A stretch of 64,000 nucleotides of DNA from PVC group bacterium (GCA_024231215.1 JAAEQR010000142.1:100593-164592), one strand, 5' to 3'. Shown: positions 42,495-52,833, counted from the first letter of the stretch. Numbers and translations are program-made. The notes: generated by a model from the sequence alone, not told the origin.

Positions 42495-43901
42495 ATGGAT
42501 AAACCGTTAGAAGAGTCTTTTGATTTATATAATGAACTACGATCAAACACACGAATCAGAACCCGTTTAAAAGTTCAATTCCAAAAAGTATCGGAAGATG
42601 GAACCTTAGATGAGTTACAACTTACTCTTGCTAGTGATATCAGCACAACCGGCATTCATCTGGTAACCGAAGAAACCATTCCCATGAACTCAAAGGTAAA
42701 AGTAATCTTCCGTTTGCCGAAACTTTCTAATCCCATAGAAGTCATCTGCCGGGTAGTAAGAGTCGAAGAATTGAAAAATAGTACTTTTGGCATCGGAATG
42801 CTTTTTGAAGAAATCATCAACGAGAATAAAGAAGCAATCATAAAATGCATCGAAACCATGGACATTCTAAAACTACTCCAGATAACCTATCAGAAAAAAG
42901 CATCTGATTTACATCTTACATACAACCGTCCACCGATCATGCGCCTGCACGGCCGCCTTGTCCCAATTGGAGAAGAAGCATTAAGCACTTTAGAGTTAAA
43001 AAACATTATCTATAGTATTCTCTCCGATGAACAAATCGCCCGTTTTGAAAAATTCAGAGAACTCGATTTTGCATTTTCTCCCAATCCGGACTTCCGATTT
43101 CGCGTAAATGTACATCTTCAAAGAGGGAATGTAGAAGCTACGTTCCGGGTAATCATGCCTGATTTAAAAACAATACAAGAGTTAGGACTGCCAAGCGTAG
43201 TCGAAGAGCTCTCTTTAAGAAAAAAAGGTATTGTAGTTATTGCCGGGCCTACAGGCAGCGGCAAAACAACAACCCTAGCCGCAATGATCGATATTATCAA
43301 TCGCAAACGCGAAGCAGTTATCATTTGTTTAGAAGACCCGATTGAATATATCCATAAAAATCTCAATTCTATAATAAAACAACGTGAAATCGGTTCTGAT
43401 ACATTATCCTTTTCCGTAGCTTTAAAAAGAACCCTGCGTCAGGATCCTGATGTTATTTTAGTAGGCGAGTTACTTGACGCTGAAACCGTACGCACAGTAA
43501 TTACTGCCGCGGAAACCGGACATTTGGTAATCACATCCTTACATGCACCTGATACAGTACAAGCTGTGGATCGATTAATAAGTATTTTCCCTCCCCAACA
43601 ACGAAATCAAGCCTGTGTCCAGCTTGCAAACAGTCTGCAAGGAATAATAACACAACTCCTTGTACCTAAAAAGGATAAGGAGACAAGGGTAGTCGCTACA
43701 GAGGTTATGGTCGTGACAGATGCAATTCGTAATCATATCCGGGAAGGTCAAACCATTCAGATACCATCCAGTATTCAGACCGGAGCTCGTTATCGCATGC
43801 ACACCATGCAAGAAAGCTTTAAGCGCTTATTTAACAATAACATAATCTCTAAGGAGACCGCTATTGACCACTGCCCGGAATTAGACCAAATATTAACTTG
43901 A
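42495..43901 (+). CDS. PilZ-domain / PilT-like retraction-type ATPase fusion
   Basis: 468 aa; N-terminal PilZ with RSNTRIR (RxxxR) and DISTTG (DxSxxG) c-di-GMP motifs; then PilT N-domain and Walker A GPTGSGKTTT, Asp and His boxes. Confidence 0.8.
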   Translation: MDKPLEESFDLYNELRSNTRIRTRLKVQFQKVSEDGTLDELQLTLASDISTTGIHLVTEETIPMNSKVKVIFRLPKLSNPIEVICRVVRVEELKNSTFGIGMLFEEIINENKEAIIKCIETMDILKLLQITYQKKASDLHLTYNRPPIMRLHGRLVPIGEEALSTLELKNIIYSILSDEQIARFEKFRELDFAFSPNPDFRFRVNVHLQRGNVEATFRVIMPDLKTIQELGLPSVVEELSLRKKGIVVIAGPTGSGKTTTLAAMIDIINRKREAVIICLEDPIEYIHKNLNSIIKQREIGSDTLSFSVALKRTLRQDPDVILVGELLDAETVRTVITAAETGHLVITSLHAPDTVQAVDRLISIFPPQQRNQACVQLANSLQGIITQLLVPKKDKETRVVATEVMVVTDAIRNHIREGQTIQIPSSIQTGARYRMHTMQESFKRLFNNNIISKETAIDHCPELDQILT

Positions 43902-43963
43902 CATAATATATCCATTATGATAATATTTATCCGTAGTTATTGATAAAAGGAAGGATACGAAAA

Positions 43964-44449
43964 ATGATTGATCAGGATTTAGAAAACAAAATAGCCCAAA
44001 TAAAAGCTTTCATTGAATTATGGGAAAATTTTTATCAATCATATAAACAAGCAATAACACAACCTTCTTTCACGGAAGAAGATGAAAAAAACTTCCTCGA
44101 ATTAAAAAGTAGTTTAGCCCGGAAATACCAGGGATTGATGGATTCCCTGGGACTTAAACCTACGGCTGAAGATAGAACGTTTGACGTTATCTCTCAAGTA
44201 ATGAGTTTGAAAAACATTACAACTTTATCTCCTTTACAAATGCAAAAGCTAGAAAACGATTGGCATAATTCATACATTACTCTAAATAAAATAATGGGTT
44301 CTTTAGAAAATAGACGCGATGAATTAGCAAAAATTAGTGTAGTAAAAGAATCATTGAAAAAATTCTTTACTAACCCATTTTTCGCACTAATTTTAATTAT
44401 TACTATAATTTACTTTTTATATTATGTTGTGACAACTGTAATTAAGTAA
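43964..44449 (+). CDS. hypothetical C-terminally membrane-anchored protein
   Basis: The ORF as listed starts on TTG; the more likely start is the ATG at 43964 (MIDQDL...) behind an AAGGAAGGA RBS; single C-terminal TM (FFALILIITIIYFLYYVV). Confidence 0.45.
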   Translation: MIDQDLENKIAQIKAFIELWENFYQSYKQAITQPSFTEEDEKNFLELKSSLARKYQGLMDSLGLKPTAEDRTFDVISQVMSLKNITTLSPLQMQKLENDWHNSYITLNKIMGSLENRRDELAKISVVKESLKKFFTNPFFALILIITIIYFLYYVVTTVIK

Positions 44450-44483
44450 CCTTTAACAGCAGCGGAAAGGAGGCTGGGCCGGT

Positions 44484-44756
44484 ATGACAAAAAAAGATAT
44501 TGTGCTCAAAATCGCTAACGAAACAAAAATGAAACAACAGGATATTAAAAAAATAGTACAGAAAACTCTGGATACTATTATTGATAGCCTGGTTAACGGT
44601 CAAACCGTAGAATTGAGAAACTTTGGTATTTTCAAAGTTAAATCAAGACGGGGAAGAACAGGCCGTAATCCTCGCACTGGTCAGGTAGTACCAGTTCCAC
44701 CCAAAAAGGTTGTTGTATTTAAGCCTGGGTTGGAAATGAAAAAGTTAGTAAAATAA
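44484..44756 (+). CDS. HU/IHF-family nucleoid DNA-binding protein
   Basis: 90 aa; ...RNFGIFKVKSRRGRTGRNPRTGQVVPVP...VVFKPG is the bHU/IHF arm. Confidence 0.85.
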   Translation: MTKKDIVLKIANETKMKQQDIKKIVQKTLDTIIDSLVNGQTVELRNFGIFKVKSRRGRTGRNPRTGQVVPVPPKKVVVFKPGLEMKKLVK

Positions 44757-44792
44757 AACACCTACAATAATATTTGATATTACGTAGAATAT

Positions 44793-44828
44793 AAAACCCC
44801 AACCGGTGACATTGGGGTTTTATGTTTT
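44793..44828 (+). terminator. rho-independent terminator
   Basis: AAAACCCCAA-ccggtgaca-TTGGGGTTTT hairpin followed by TATGTTTT. Confidence 0.6.
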
Positions 44829-44853
44829 AAACCGGATTTTGCGTTAGACACAT

Positions 44854-46119
44854 ATGAAGATAAAAGCATTAAAAGGAGTTCAGGATATCCTTCCAGAAAC
44901 TATCGGACAATGGGATTTTCTTGTTTCTTGCTCAAAAAATTTATTCTCCGTCTATGGATATCAGGAAATAAAAATTCCGCTCATCGAAGAAACTAACCTA
45001 TTCATAAGAAGCATAGGAGAGCAAACTGATATTGTAGAAAAAGAAATGTACACCTTTATTGATAAAGGCAATCGCAAAATATCACTTCGTCCGGAAGCAA
45101 CCGCATCTGTAGTTAGAGCCTATCTTGAACATAATCTTAACCAGCAAGGCCTAGCTAAGCTTTTTTATATCGGCCCGATGTTCCGGGGAGAAAAACCACA
45201 ATCAGGACGCAACAGACAATTTTATCAATTAGGCGTTGAAGTTCTTGGTTCCTACAGCGCTTATCTGGACGCCGAAGTTATTATCCTTGCCGCAGAATAT
45301 ATTAAAAAACTTGGTCTTAAAAACTTTACTCTATTAATCAATACTGTGGGCTGTACAGAAGATAAATTAAATTACTCAAAACTGCTTAAAACCTATCTGG
45401 AAGATAAAAAAGACAGCTTATGCGAAAATTGCAACAACCGACTCGGGCGGAATGTCCTGCGGATTCTTGATTGTAAAAGACCCTCATGTAAAAAAATCGT
45501 AAATGAAGCACCACAGATAACCAATCATCTCTGCGAAGACTGCACCGATCATTTTAACGATGTAAAAAATGCCCTGGATGAAATAAAAATCAACTATACA
45601 GTTGATCCATACCTTGTCCGCGGACTAGACTACTACACAAAAACAGTATTTGAAATTGCGCATAAAGACCTGGGTGCACAAAACGCAATTTGCGCCGGCG
45701 GCAGATACGATAATTTAATCAAAGACCTCGGCGGCCCTCAAGAGGGAGCTACCGGATTTGCCTTTGGCATAGAACGACTCTTACTGGCTATTACAGCTGA
45801 GAAGACAGATTTATCTATAAAAAAACAACCAACTATTTATGCCATTGGATTAGGATCAGTCGCCCAAAAGAAAATATTTCAAATAGTCCAGACCCTGCGT
45901 TCAAAAAATATTCGCCTAACAACTAGTTTTGAGGAAAAATCCCTTAAAGCACAGATGAAACAAGCTAACAAGCTTAATTGCGAATACACACTTATATTAG
46001 GAGATGACGAGCTAGAAAAAGACTCTATCATGCTCCGCGACATGCAAACTGGAGAACAGGAACTCATTACTATAAATAATCTCACTACCAACTTAAATAA
46101 GCGTTTATCATCATTATGA
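44854..46119 (+). CDS. hisS: histidine--tRNA ligase
   Basis: 421 aa; class II motifs and HisRS-specific regions (GGRYDNL, GFAFGIERL), C-terminal anticodon-binding domain. Confidence 0.93.
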   Translation: MKIKALKGVQDILPETIGQWDFLVSCSKNLFSVYGYQEIKIPLIEETNLFIRSIGEQTDIVEKEMYTFIDKGNRKISLRPEATASVVRAYLEHNLNQQGLAKLFYIGPMFRGEKPQSGRNRQFYQLGVEVLGSYSAYLDAEVIILAAEYIKKLGLKNFTLLINTVGCTEDKLNYSKLLKTYLEDKKDSLCENCNNRLGRNVLRILDCKRPSCKKIVNEAPQITNHLCEDCTDHFNDVKNALDEIKINYTVDPYLVRGLDYYTKTVFEIAHKDLGAQNAICAGGRYDNLIKDLGGPQEGATGFAFGIERLLLAITAEKTDLSIKKQPTIYAIGLGSVAQKKIFQIVQTLRSKNIRLTTSFEEKSLKAQMKQANKLNCEYTLILGDDELEKDSIMLRDMQTGEQELITINNLTTNLNKRLSSL

Positions 46120-47261
46120 CAAATAACCCTACAATAACCTCACAACTAGCCCCTTACGCAATGAACGGATCTGATTCAAAAGGGCGTCAACATAAAGAAC
46201 CGGAGCATGCTTATCGGGGCGTATTTCAACGTGATCGAGACCGCATTATCCATTCAAGATCATTCAGAAGACTGCAATACAAAACACAGGTTTTTGTAAA
46301 TAATGAAGGGGATCAGTACCGGACAAGACTTACTCACACTCTGGAAGTAGTACAAATCGCACGCACCATCGCCAAAGCACTCAACCTTAATGAAAGTTTA
46401 GTTGAAGCTATTGCTTTAGCACACGACATCGGCCACACACCATTTGGACATGCCGGAGAAGACGCTCTACACGAAATAATGAAAGACCACGGCGGGTTTG
46501 AACATAACCAGCAAGGATTACGCGTAGTTGATATATTAGAAGAAAGATATCCTGATTTCATTGGGCTTAATCTCACCTGGGAGGTAAGGGAGGGCATAAT
46601 AAAACACGATACAACTTTTGACAGTCCTACCGTTCCCAAAGAATTTGATCCGCAAACCCTGCCTACTTTAGAAGCACAAGTAGTAGATATCGCCGATGAA
46701 ATTGCTTACAACACTCATGATTTAGATGACGGGATAAGCAGCGGACTAATAAAAGAAAGCGACTTAAACGATATCGCCATTTGGAATACAGCAAAAAATA
46801 TTGTAAATAAAAATACAACTATTGAAAATAAACATATCGAAACTTACCAGATAATACGCACCCTGATCAACCTGCATGTTACCGAATTAGTTTCAAAATC
46901 AAAAGAAATGATCCAGGAATTAGGGATAAACTCTCAAGAAAAAGTTCGTCAACAAAAAGAAAAAATAATAACTTTTCAACATTCTCCCATGCATGAAAAC
47001 TTAAAAGAACTTTCAAAATTTTTATACGAAAATCTTTACCGCCACTATAAAGTAATTCGGATGTCCAGTAAAGCCCAACGATTCATGAAAGAAATGTTCA
47101 ACGTATATCTGGAAGATCCTAAACAACTTCCGCATGGAACAGAAGAACAGCTTTCAAACACCCCGATACACAGAGTTATCTGCGATTATATCGCCGGAAT
47201 GACTGACCGCTACGCGCTTGATGAATACAAAAAACTATTCCATCCCTGGGAAAAAGTCTAA
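46116..47261 (+). CDS. dGTPase-like HD-domain triphosphohydrolase
   Basis: 381 aa; FQRDRDRIIHS..FRRL, HDIGHTPFGHAGE, DIAD..AY..HDLDD motifs. Confidence 0.85.
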   Translation: MTNNPTITSQLAPYAMNGSDSKGRQHKEPEHAYRGVFQRDRDRIIHSRSFRRLQYKTQVFVNNEGDQYRTRLTHTLEVVQIARTIAKALNLNESLVEAIALAHDIGHTPFGHAGEDALHEIMKDHGGFEHNQQGLRVVDILEERYPDFIGLNLTWEVREGIIKHDTTFDSPTVPKEFDPQTLPTLEAQVVDIADEIAYNTHDLDDGISSGLIKESDLNDIAIWNTAKNIVNKNTTIENKHIETYQIIRTLINLHVTELVSKSKEMIQELGINSQEKVRQQKEKIITFQHSPMHENLKELSKFLYENLYRHYKVIRMSSKAQRFMKEMFNVYLEDPKQLPHGTEEQLSNTPIHRVICDYIAGMTDRYALDEYKKLFHPWEKV

Positions 47262-47296
47262 TATAGTATTTACAACAAAATAGGCGATAAATTTTC

Positions 47297-47325
47297 TTGA
47301 CAAACAATCTTGTAGTATCTATAAT
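47297..47325 (+). promoter_or_regulatory. consensus sigma70 promoter (TTGACA-17-TATAAT)
   Basis: Exact consensus hexamers at 47297-47302 and 47320-47325 with a 17-nt spacer, about 65 nt upstream of the PilZ gene. Confidence 0.55.
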
Positions 47326-47389
47326 AAAATTCGAAAGCAATAATTAAACATTTTAAAAACATAAAAAAACTTTAAAGCGGAGGTTTGTT

Positions 47390-47767
47390 ATGGACAACAA
47401 AGAATCGCTGGAAGAAAGACGGAACTTTAGCAGGGTAAAGATTCCTAACCTTAAAGCAAACTTTAAATTACTTAATCTACGCACCTACTCAACCTACCTT
47501 GAAAAAAATCCAGAACCAATTGAAGATATCAGCTTAGGTGGAATGTCGTTAAAAACATTCAACAATCTTGAAACAAAATCCCCGGTTACGATTGATTTTA
47601 AAATAGGAGCAGAACCTTATACAGTTAAAGTTTTCGGCCGTATTGCCTGGATTAAACAAGTCCAGGAACAAGACTACATGATGGGAATCAGCTTCTCCTG
47701 GTGGAACAAAGAAGAAGATAAAAAAATCGTTAAAGAACTAATAAGTCAGTATAAAAAGACAGAATAA
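47390..47767 (+). CDS. stand-alone PilZ-domain protein
   Basis: 125 aa; RRNFSRV (RxxxR) and DISLGG (DxSxxG) motifs. Confidence 0.7.
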   Translation: MDNKESLEERRNFSRVKIPNLKANFKLLNLRTYSTYLEKNPEPIEDISLGGMSLKTFNNLETKSPVTIDFKIGAEPYTVKVFGRIAWIKQVQEQDYMMGISFSWWNKEEDKKIVKELISQYKKTE

Positions 47768-47786
47768 TCCGGAGACACACTTTCGC

Positions 47787-49286
47787 ATGAAAGTTTCATA
47801 TAAAGAAGAAATTTTTAAACGTCTAATTGAATATCCAAGCTGGAAAAATGAAATTGACTGCTTCACTAAAGTTATCGGCAGCAACGATTGGGTAATTTTA
47901 TCCAAAACCGGAGCACCCCAAGTCCGACACCAAAAAATATCGAAGGCTAAATCCGCTTCAAAAAAAGACCCCCTGACAAAACTAAAAAAACTGATTTCCT
48001 CGGCTAAAAAAACACATAAAGTTCAAGAAAAAATCAGCATTAACGGCAATTCTACATATTGCATTCCAATTATCCGGGGCGATCAAATATACGGATATCT
48101 CGGCATATTAAATTTAAAAACAAAAATCCCGGCAAAGTTTTCAGATCTTTTCAACGCATTCACCTGCGCAACAATAGAAAGCGTGCAAAAAGAATTAGAA
48201 CTGATGAAAATGTCCGAAACTATACGCCCCAGAACAATAGCTCTTTCTACTATACATACTGTAAACAGAATCATTAGCTCCACTCTGGAAATAGAAGAAC
48301 TCCTGCCGCGTATTGCCCGGCTCAGCCTGCAAGTATTGCGAGCCCGCCGGTGCACAATTATGCTTGTAGATAAAAACAAACGACTCTTAATCCCGCATGC
48401 TGTAGTTGACGTACAACAAAAAAAACCAAAACAAGAACCCCTGAAAATAGGGAAGGGACTACCGGGACAAGTCGTTAAATACGGAAAAACAATTATTCGC
48501 AATAAATATTTATGCGTTCCCTTTGTTGCCGAAGAAAATATCATCGGCGCAATAAGTGTATCTTACAGATTAGACAACAAACCATTTAATATTTTTGATA
48601 AAGAAATCTTAACGACCCTGGCCGAACAAGCCGTAATTGCGATCAAGAACGCCCAGCTCTATGAAGAACAAGAAAAATTAGCCCTAAACAGTATCAAAGC
48701 ATTAGCATCTGTATTGAGTTCAGGAGTTGCTTTCAATTACGGCCGTTCCAATTTGTTTATCAATGTTACAATGTCCATCGGCATGGAACTCAAACTCAGG
48801 TCTGATGAAATGCGCATTCTTTATTACGCAGCATTACTTCACAATGTCAGCCAAATGAGTCTACCGGAAAAACTTCTCAAAAAATCAACCAAATTAACCG
48901 GTAAAGATTATAAAATAATCCGGTCACATCCACTTATTGGAGCTCAAATAATAAAACCCATCGGAGGACGTTTAAAATCAGTTTTACCGATAATAATATA
49001 TCACCATGAACGTTACGACGGAAAAGGCTATCCTAGCGGACTAAAAGCGGATGAAATCCCATTAGGTGCCAGAATCCTCATGGTTGCCGATGCTTTTGAA
49101 GCTATGCTTTCGAAGAGACCGTACAGAAAAAAACTTACCATATCGCAAGCTGTATCGGAAATAGTAAGATTTAGCGGAGAGCAGTTTGACCCGGTTATTG
49201 TCGATGCATTTGTGAGGGTAATAAAACGCTTTAAAACCAAGATTTTTCGCACCGGAAAAAATGCCTGGGTGTGGAAAAATTTATAG
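47787..49286 (+). CDS. GAF-GAF-HD-GYP protein with non-canonical HN in place of the HD dyad
   Basis: 499 aa; two GAF-like regions then HHERYDGKGYPSGL (HD-GYP signature), but the upstream metal-binding motif reads LLHNVSQ instead of LLHDIGK. Confidence 0.8.
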   Translation: MKVSYKEEIFKRLIEYPSWKNEIDCFTKVIGSNDWVILSKTGAPQVRHQKISKAKSASKKDPLTKLKKLISSAKKTHKVQEKISINGNSTYCIPIIRGDQIYGYLGILNLKTKIPAKFSDLFNAFTCATIESVQKELELMKMSETIRPRTIALSTIHTVNRIISSTLEIEELLPRIARLSLQVLRARRCTIMLVDKNKRLLIPHAVVDVQQKKPKQEPLKIGKGLPGQVVKYGKTIIRNKYLCVPFVAEENIIGAISVSYRLDNKPFNIFDKEILTTLAEQAVIAIKNAQLYEEQEKLALNSIKALASVLSSGVAFNYGRSNLFINVTMSIGMELKLRSDEMRILYYAALLHNVSQMSLPEKLLKKSTKLTGKDYKIIRSHPLIGAQIIKPIGGRLKSVLPIIIYHHERYDGKGYPSGLKADEIPLGARILMVADAFEAMLSKRPYRKKLTISQAVSEIVRFSGEQFDPVIVDAFVRVIKRFKTKIFRTGKNAWVWKNL

Positions 49287-49429
49287 ATTTTAATGTAAAC
49301 AGCTGTGGTTATTCATGTTGCACAGTCTATCCTTATTTTTCTTAAAAAAATATTGTTTTTTGACGAAATCCTGCTATAATAATAACTGCCTGAGATATCA
49401 ATAATGGATTATACGATACAGGGGGTCTA

Positions 49430-50002
49430 ATGACGTACAAGAACACGGAGGTTCAACCGGAATTATTTTCCGGTATTGACAAAAGAAATAAACGAAAATC
49501 TTTTAAGAAAAATGTATTTTCTATCAATTATAAATCTGCTATAAGTGTATCTATAGATTCACTTATAGTAATTATTATCAGCCTCTTGATGGTTAACCTA
49601 CTATGTTTTGTCATAGGAATCGAGAGGGGTAAACATATTATTAAAGTAAGCAACGACAAGATTAGAACAACTACCCGGGCAAAGGCTAAACCAATTGCTC
49701 CAAAAGTTGTTACATCACCTGTAGTTGCCCCAAAAGTTGCTGTAAAAAAAGTAGAACCAAGCAAAAAGAAAAACAACAACGGATACACTATTCAGCTGGT
49801 AACCTACAACAACAACGGAATTGCGGAAAAAGAAGTTACCCGGTTAAAAGCTAATGGGGTAAACGGATTTGTCTTGAAAAAAGGTGATTACTACGTTGTT
49901 TACGGCGGAGTTTTCAATACAGAAAAAACAGCGAAAAAAAAGTTAAATTCTTTCAAAAAACGTTATAAAGACTGCTTCGTACGGTTTTTGAAAAAATCAT
50001 AA
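49430..50002 (+). CDS. membrane-anchored SPOR-domain protein
   Basis: 190 aa; one TM helix; K/P/V-rich linker; C-terminal SPOR-like repeat (GYTIQLVTYNNNGIAEKEVTRLKANGVNGFVLKKGDYYVVYGGVF). Confidence 0.6.
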   Translation: MTYKNTEVQPELFSGIDKRNKRKSFKKNVFSINYKSAISVSIDSLIVIIISLLMVNLLCFVIGIERGKHIIKVSNDKIRTTTRAKAKPIAPKVVTSPVVAPKVAVKKVEPSKKKNNNGYTIQLVTYNNNGIAEKEVTRLKANGVNGFVLKKGDYYVVYGGVFNTEKTAKKKLNSFKKRYKDCFVRFLKKS

Positions 50003-50030
50003 AGAAACACAGAAAGGAGCGATGTAAGTA

Positions 50031-50288
50031 ATGTCTATTCATCCAAGTTTAACTGCATCAAAAGGTAAAGGACACAGAAGTGTACTAAAACGTTTTGAAC
50101 GCGTAGAAAAACTAAAAAAAGCCGGTAAGTGGACCGATGATACATCATCTTTTGGTTTACCAAAAGTAAAGATCATCAAGATGAAGCTTAAGAAGTCAAA
50201 AGCTGCAGAAGCAAAAACTGCTGAAGAAGGCGCAGCTGCAACACCTGCAACAAAAGACGGTGCTGCTTCAAAAGCTGCTTCCAAATAA
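50031..50288 (+). CDS. small basic protein, hypothetical (resembles the conserved small basic protein family of PVC-group bacteria)
   Basis: 85 aa, highly basic; N-terminal ...SKGKGHRSVLKRFERVEKLKKAGKW...FGLPKVK and an Ala/Lys-rich tail; family assignment from memory only. Confidence 0.45.
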   Translation: MSIHPSLTASKGKGHRSVLKRFERVEKLKKAGKWTDDTSSFGLPKVKIIKMKLKKSKAAEAKTAEEGAAATPATKDGAASKAASK

Positions 50289-50303
50289 CCATACCAAAAA
50301 ATA

Positions 50304-51149
50304 ATGCGGAAAATAATAGATTGTCTTTGGAGAGTTTTTATTGTTTTAGGGTTTTTTTGCATGCTGATTGAGCCTTGTGCGGCCCAGCAAAGCAAAGATT
50401 CGACCTATACTGGAATAATCACAGCAGATGCTGTTAACATCCGCAGCGGCCCCAGCCTCAACTTCGAAATCATCACCAAACTCGATAAAGACGCGTTGGT
50501 TCTTATCCAGGAAACTCAAGGGGAATGGCATAAAATCAAGCTTCCCCCGACAAGTGCCGCTTATATGCACCGGAAATTCCTGCGTTTAGCCGGCAAACAA
50601 GCCATTGTAAAGGGCAATCGAGTTAATGTAAGAGCAGGTAAGGGAACCCAGTTTAATGTCTTGGGACAGCTAAACGATAGAGATCTCGTAGCCCTGATCG
50701 CCAGAGAAAAAGAATGGTACAAAATATTTCCGTCTAATAACTGCTTTGCCTGGATCCATAAAAATTTTGTCGTTAATTTCGGAAAATCCGAACTATATCT
50801 TGCCGAGGAAAGAAAATACAGGTCAAAGATTATTAAAATAAAACAAAAAGCAAAACAAACACCCCTTGCAAAACAACCTGCACCTGCAACAAAAAAATCA
50901 CCTAAAATAAATTATTCCAAAACAGCACCGATCGCACAGGGAAAATTAATGGAAATGGGACGATTTTTCAAACGCCATGGAACACATAAATTGCTTATTG
51001 ATAAAAAACCGGCGTATTTACTAAAAAGTGAAACAATTGATTTAGACGATTATATATACTACAAAGTTGATGTCTGGGGAACCCAAACAACCTCGGCAAA
51101 GTCAAAGCTTCCGATCATCAACGTAGAACACATAAAGAAGTTGAATTAA
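50304..51149 (+). CDS. secreted protein with two bacterial SH3 (SH3b) domains
   Basis: 281 aa; signal peptide; two ...VNIRSGPS...W.KI... SH3b-like repeats. Confidence 0.6.
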   Translation: MRKIIDCLWRVFIVLGFFCMLIEPCAAQQSKDSTYTGIITADAVNIRSGPSLNFEIITKLDKDALVLIQETQGEWHKIKLPPTSAAYMHRKFLRLAGKQAIVKGNRVNVRAGKGTQFNVLGQLNDRDLVALIAREKEWYKIFPSNNCFAWIHKNFVVNFGKSELYLAEERKYRSKIIKIKQKAKQTPLAKQPAPATKKSPKINYSKTAPIAQGKLMEMGRFFKRHGTHKLLIDKKPAYLLKSETIDLDDYIYYKVDVWGTQTTSAKSKLPIINVEHIKKLN

Positions 51150-51150
51150 A

Positions 51151-51744
51151 ATGGACGCGAACTCTCGAATCTTAAATTTTTTCTTTAATCTCCCTGCATT
51201 TCTAATCGCATTGACAGTTCATGAGTATGCACACGGATTTATTGCCAATAAATTAGGTGACTCTACCGCAAAACGCATGGGACGACTGACTTTTAATCCA
51301 TTAGCTCACATTGATCCCGTAGGCACTATCCTTGTACCGCTTTTTCTGATATCCTCCGGAAACTTGGTATTTGGTTGGGCTAAGCCTGTACCGGTAAATT
51401 TCTATAATTTAAAAAATCCTAAAAAAGATATGATCTGGGTAGGATTAGCCGGCCCAGCCGCAAACTTCATCGCCGCATTTATAACATATTTTATCCTCAA
51501 GACAGAAATAATCCAAAACATATTTGCAATTAACTTCTTAACTGTCTTACTCATAATTAATATAGTCCTGGGTGTATTTAATTTAATTCCCATTCCGCCG
51601 CTTGACGGATCACGTATATTAATGGGACTATTACCGCCTAAAATGGCGGCTGGATATGCACGATCTGAACCTTATGTAATAAAAACTTTACAAACGATAT
51701 TCATAATAAGCATACTATATAACTTCTTACGGAGAATGTTCTAA
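51151..51744 (+). CDS. site-2 protease-family (M50) membrane metalloprotease
   Basis: 197 aa; HEYAHG (HExxH) in TM1; LDG motif later. Confidence 0.75.
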   Translation: MDANSRILNFFFNLPAFLIALTVHEYAHGFIANKLGDSTAKRMGRLTFNPLAHIDPVGTILVPLFLISSGNLVFGWAKPVPVNFYNLKNPKKDMIWVGLAGPAANFIAAFITYFILKTEIIQNIFAINFLTVLLIINIVLGVFNLIPIPPLDGSRILMGLLPPKMAAGYARSEPYVIKTLQTIFIISILYNFLRRMF

Positions 51745-52832
51745 TGAAAACAATTACGCTTGATTTAAAAGAACGCAGTTATCCTATAATTATTGATACT
51801 AAAGGATTTGAAATCCTTGCCAAACAAATAAAAAAAATGGCGCTGGGAACTGACGCGGTGATCATAACCAACAGCCGTATATTCAATCTCTACGCTAAAA
51901 TCCTCACCAAAAGCTTAAAATCAGCCGGAATAAAGGTTCACTTTCAAAAGGTAAAGGACTCAGAAGAGAGTAAATCCATAAATACATATATTAAAACCAT
52001 CCAGGCTATTTCAAAAATCGATACAAAAAAACGCATATTTCTTATTGCGCTGGGAGGAGGTGTTATCGGAGATCTTTGCGGCTTTATTGCCGCGACGTAC
52101 AAAAGGGGAGTGCCTTGTGTGCAAATCCCTACTACATTATTAGCTCAGGTCGATTCAAGTATCGGAGGGAAAACAGCAATTGACTTACCCTCCGGGAAAA
52201 ATCTCGTCGGAGCGTTCTTTCAGCCTCGCATTGTATATTCTAATATTAAAGTTCTAAATAGTCTGCCTCAAAGGCAGATAAAAAGCGGGCTGGCGGAAGT
52301 TATAAAATATGGAATTATCGTTGATAAAAATCTGTTTTCATACTTAGAAAAAAATACTGTTAAAATTCTAAATCTGGACCCAAAAAGTCTGGAACATATT
52401 ATTAGTGTCTCAAGTAATATAAAAGCTAAAATCGTCGCATTTGACGAAAAAGAAACCAAGGGATTACGTACAATCCTTAATTTCGGACATACAATCGGAC
52501 ATGCATTAGAAACCGCGACAAAATACACAAAATTAAATCACGGAGAAGCAGTTGCGATCGGCATGGTCTGTGCGGCAGATATAGCACTTAACATGGGACT
52601 ATTGGATTTAAAAATACATAATCGAATTATTTCTTTAATAAAAGCATTTAAACTACCGACACAGGCAAAAAATATTAACTTAAATCATGTTTTTAATGCG
52701 TTCTACCGGGACAAAAAGTTCATTAACGGGAAAATACGCATGGTACTACCTACAAATATCGGTCATGTGATCGTAACTGAAGATATAACTTTCAATGAAA
52801 TCAAAAAGGTTATTCAAAAACGGGTGATATAA
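51744..52832 (+). CDS. aroB: 3-dehydroquinate synthase
   Basis: 362 aa; GGGVIGDL, NAD-binding and metal-binding His motifs typical of DHQS. Confidence 0.9.
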   Translation: MKTITLDLKERSYPIIIDTKGFEILAKQIKKMALGTDAVIITNSRIFNLYAKILTKSLKSAGIKVHFQKVKDSEESKSINTYIKTIQAISKIDTKKRIFLIALGGGVIGDLCGFIAATYKRGVPCVQIPTTLLAQVDSSIGGKTAIDLPSGKNLVGAFFQPRIVYSNIKVLNSLPQRQIKSGLAEVIKYGIIVDKNLFSYLEKNTVKILNLDPKSLEHIISVSSNIKAKIVAFDEKETKGLRTILNFGHTIGHALETATKYTKLNHGEAVAIGMVCAADIALNMGLLDLKIHNRIISLIKAFKLPTQAKNINLNHVFNAFYRDKKFINGKIRMVLPTNIGHVIVTEDITFNEIKKVIQKRVI

Positions 52833-52833
52833 A

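Noticed and set aside
48083-48544. 153-aa minus-strand ORF and 72-aa plus-strand alternate-frame ORF inside the GAF-HD-GYP gene
   Set aside because: Both lie within a gene with strong domain evidence. Their products are Arg/Ser-rich low-complexity translations.
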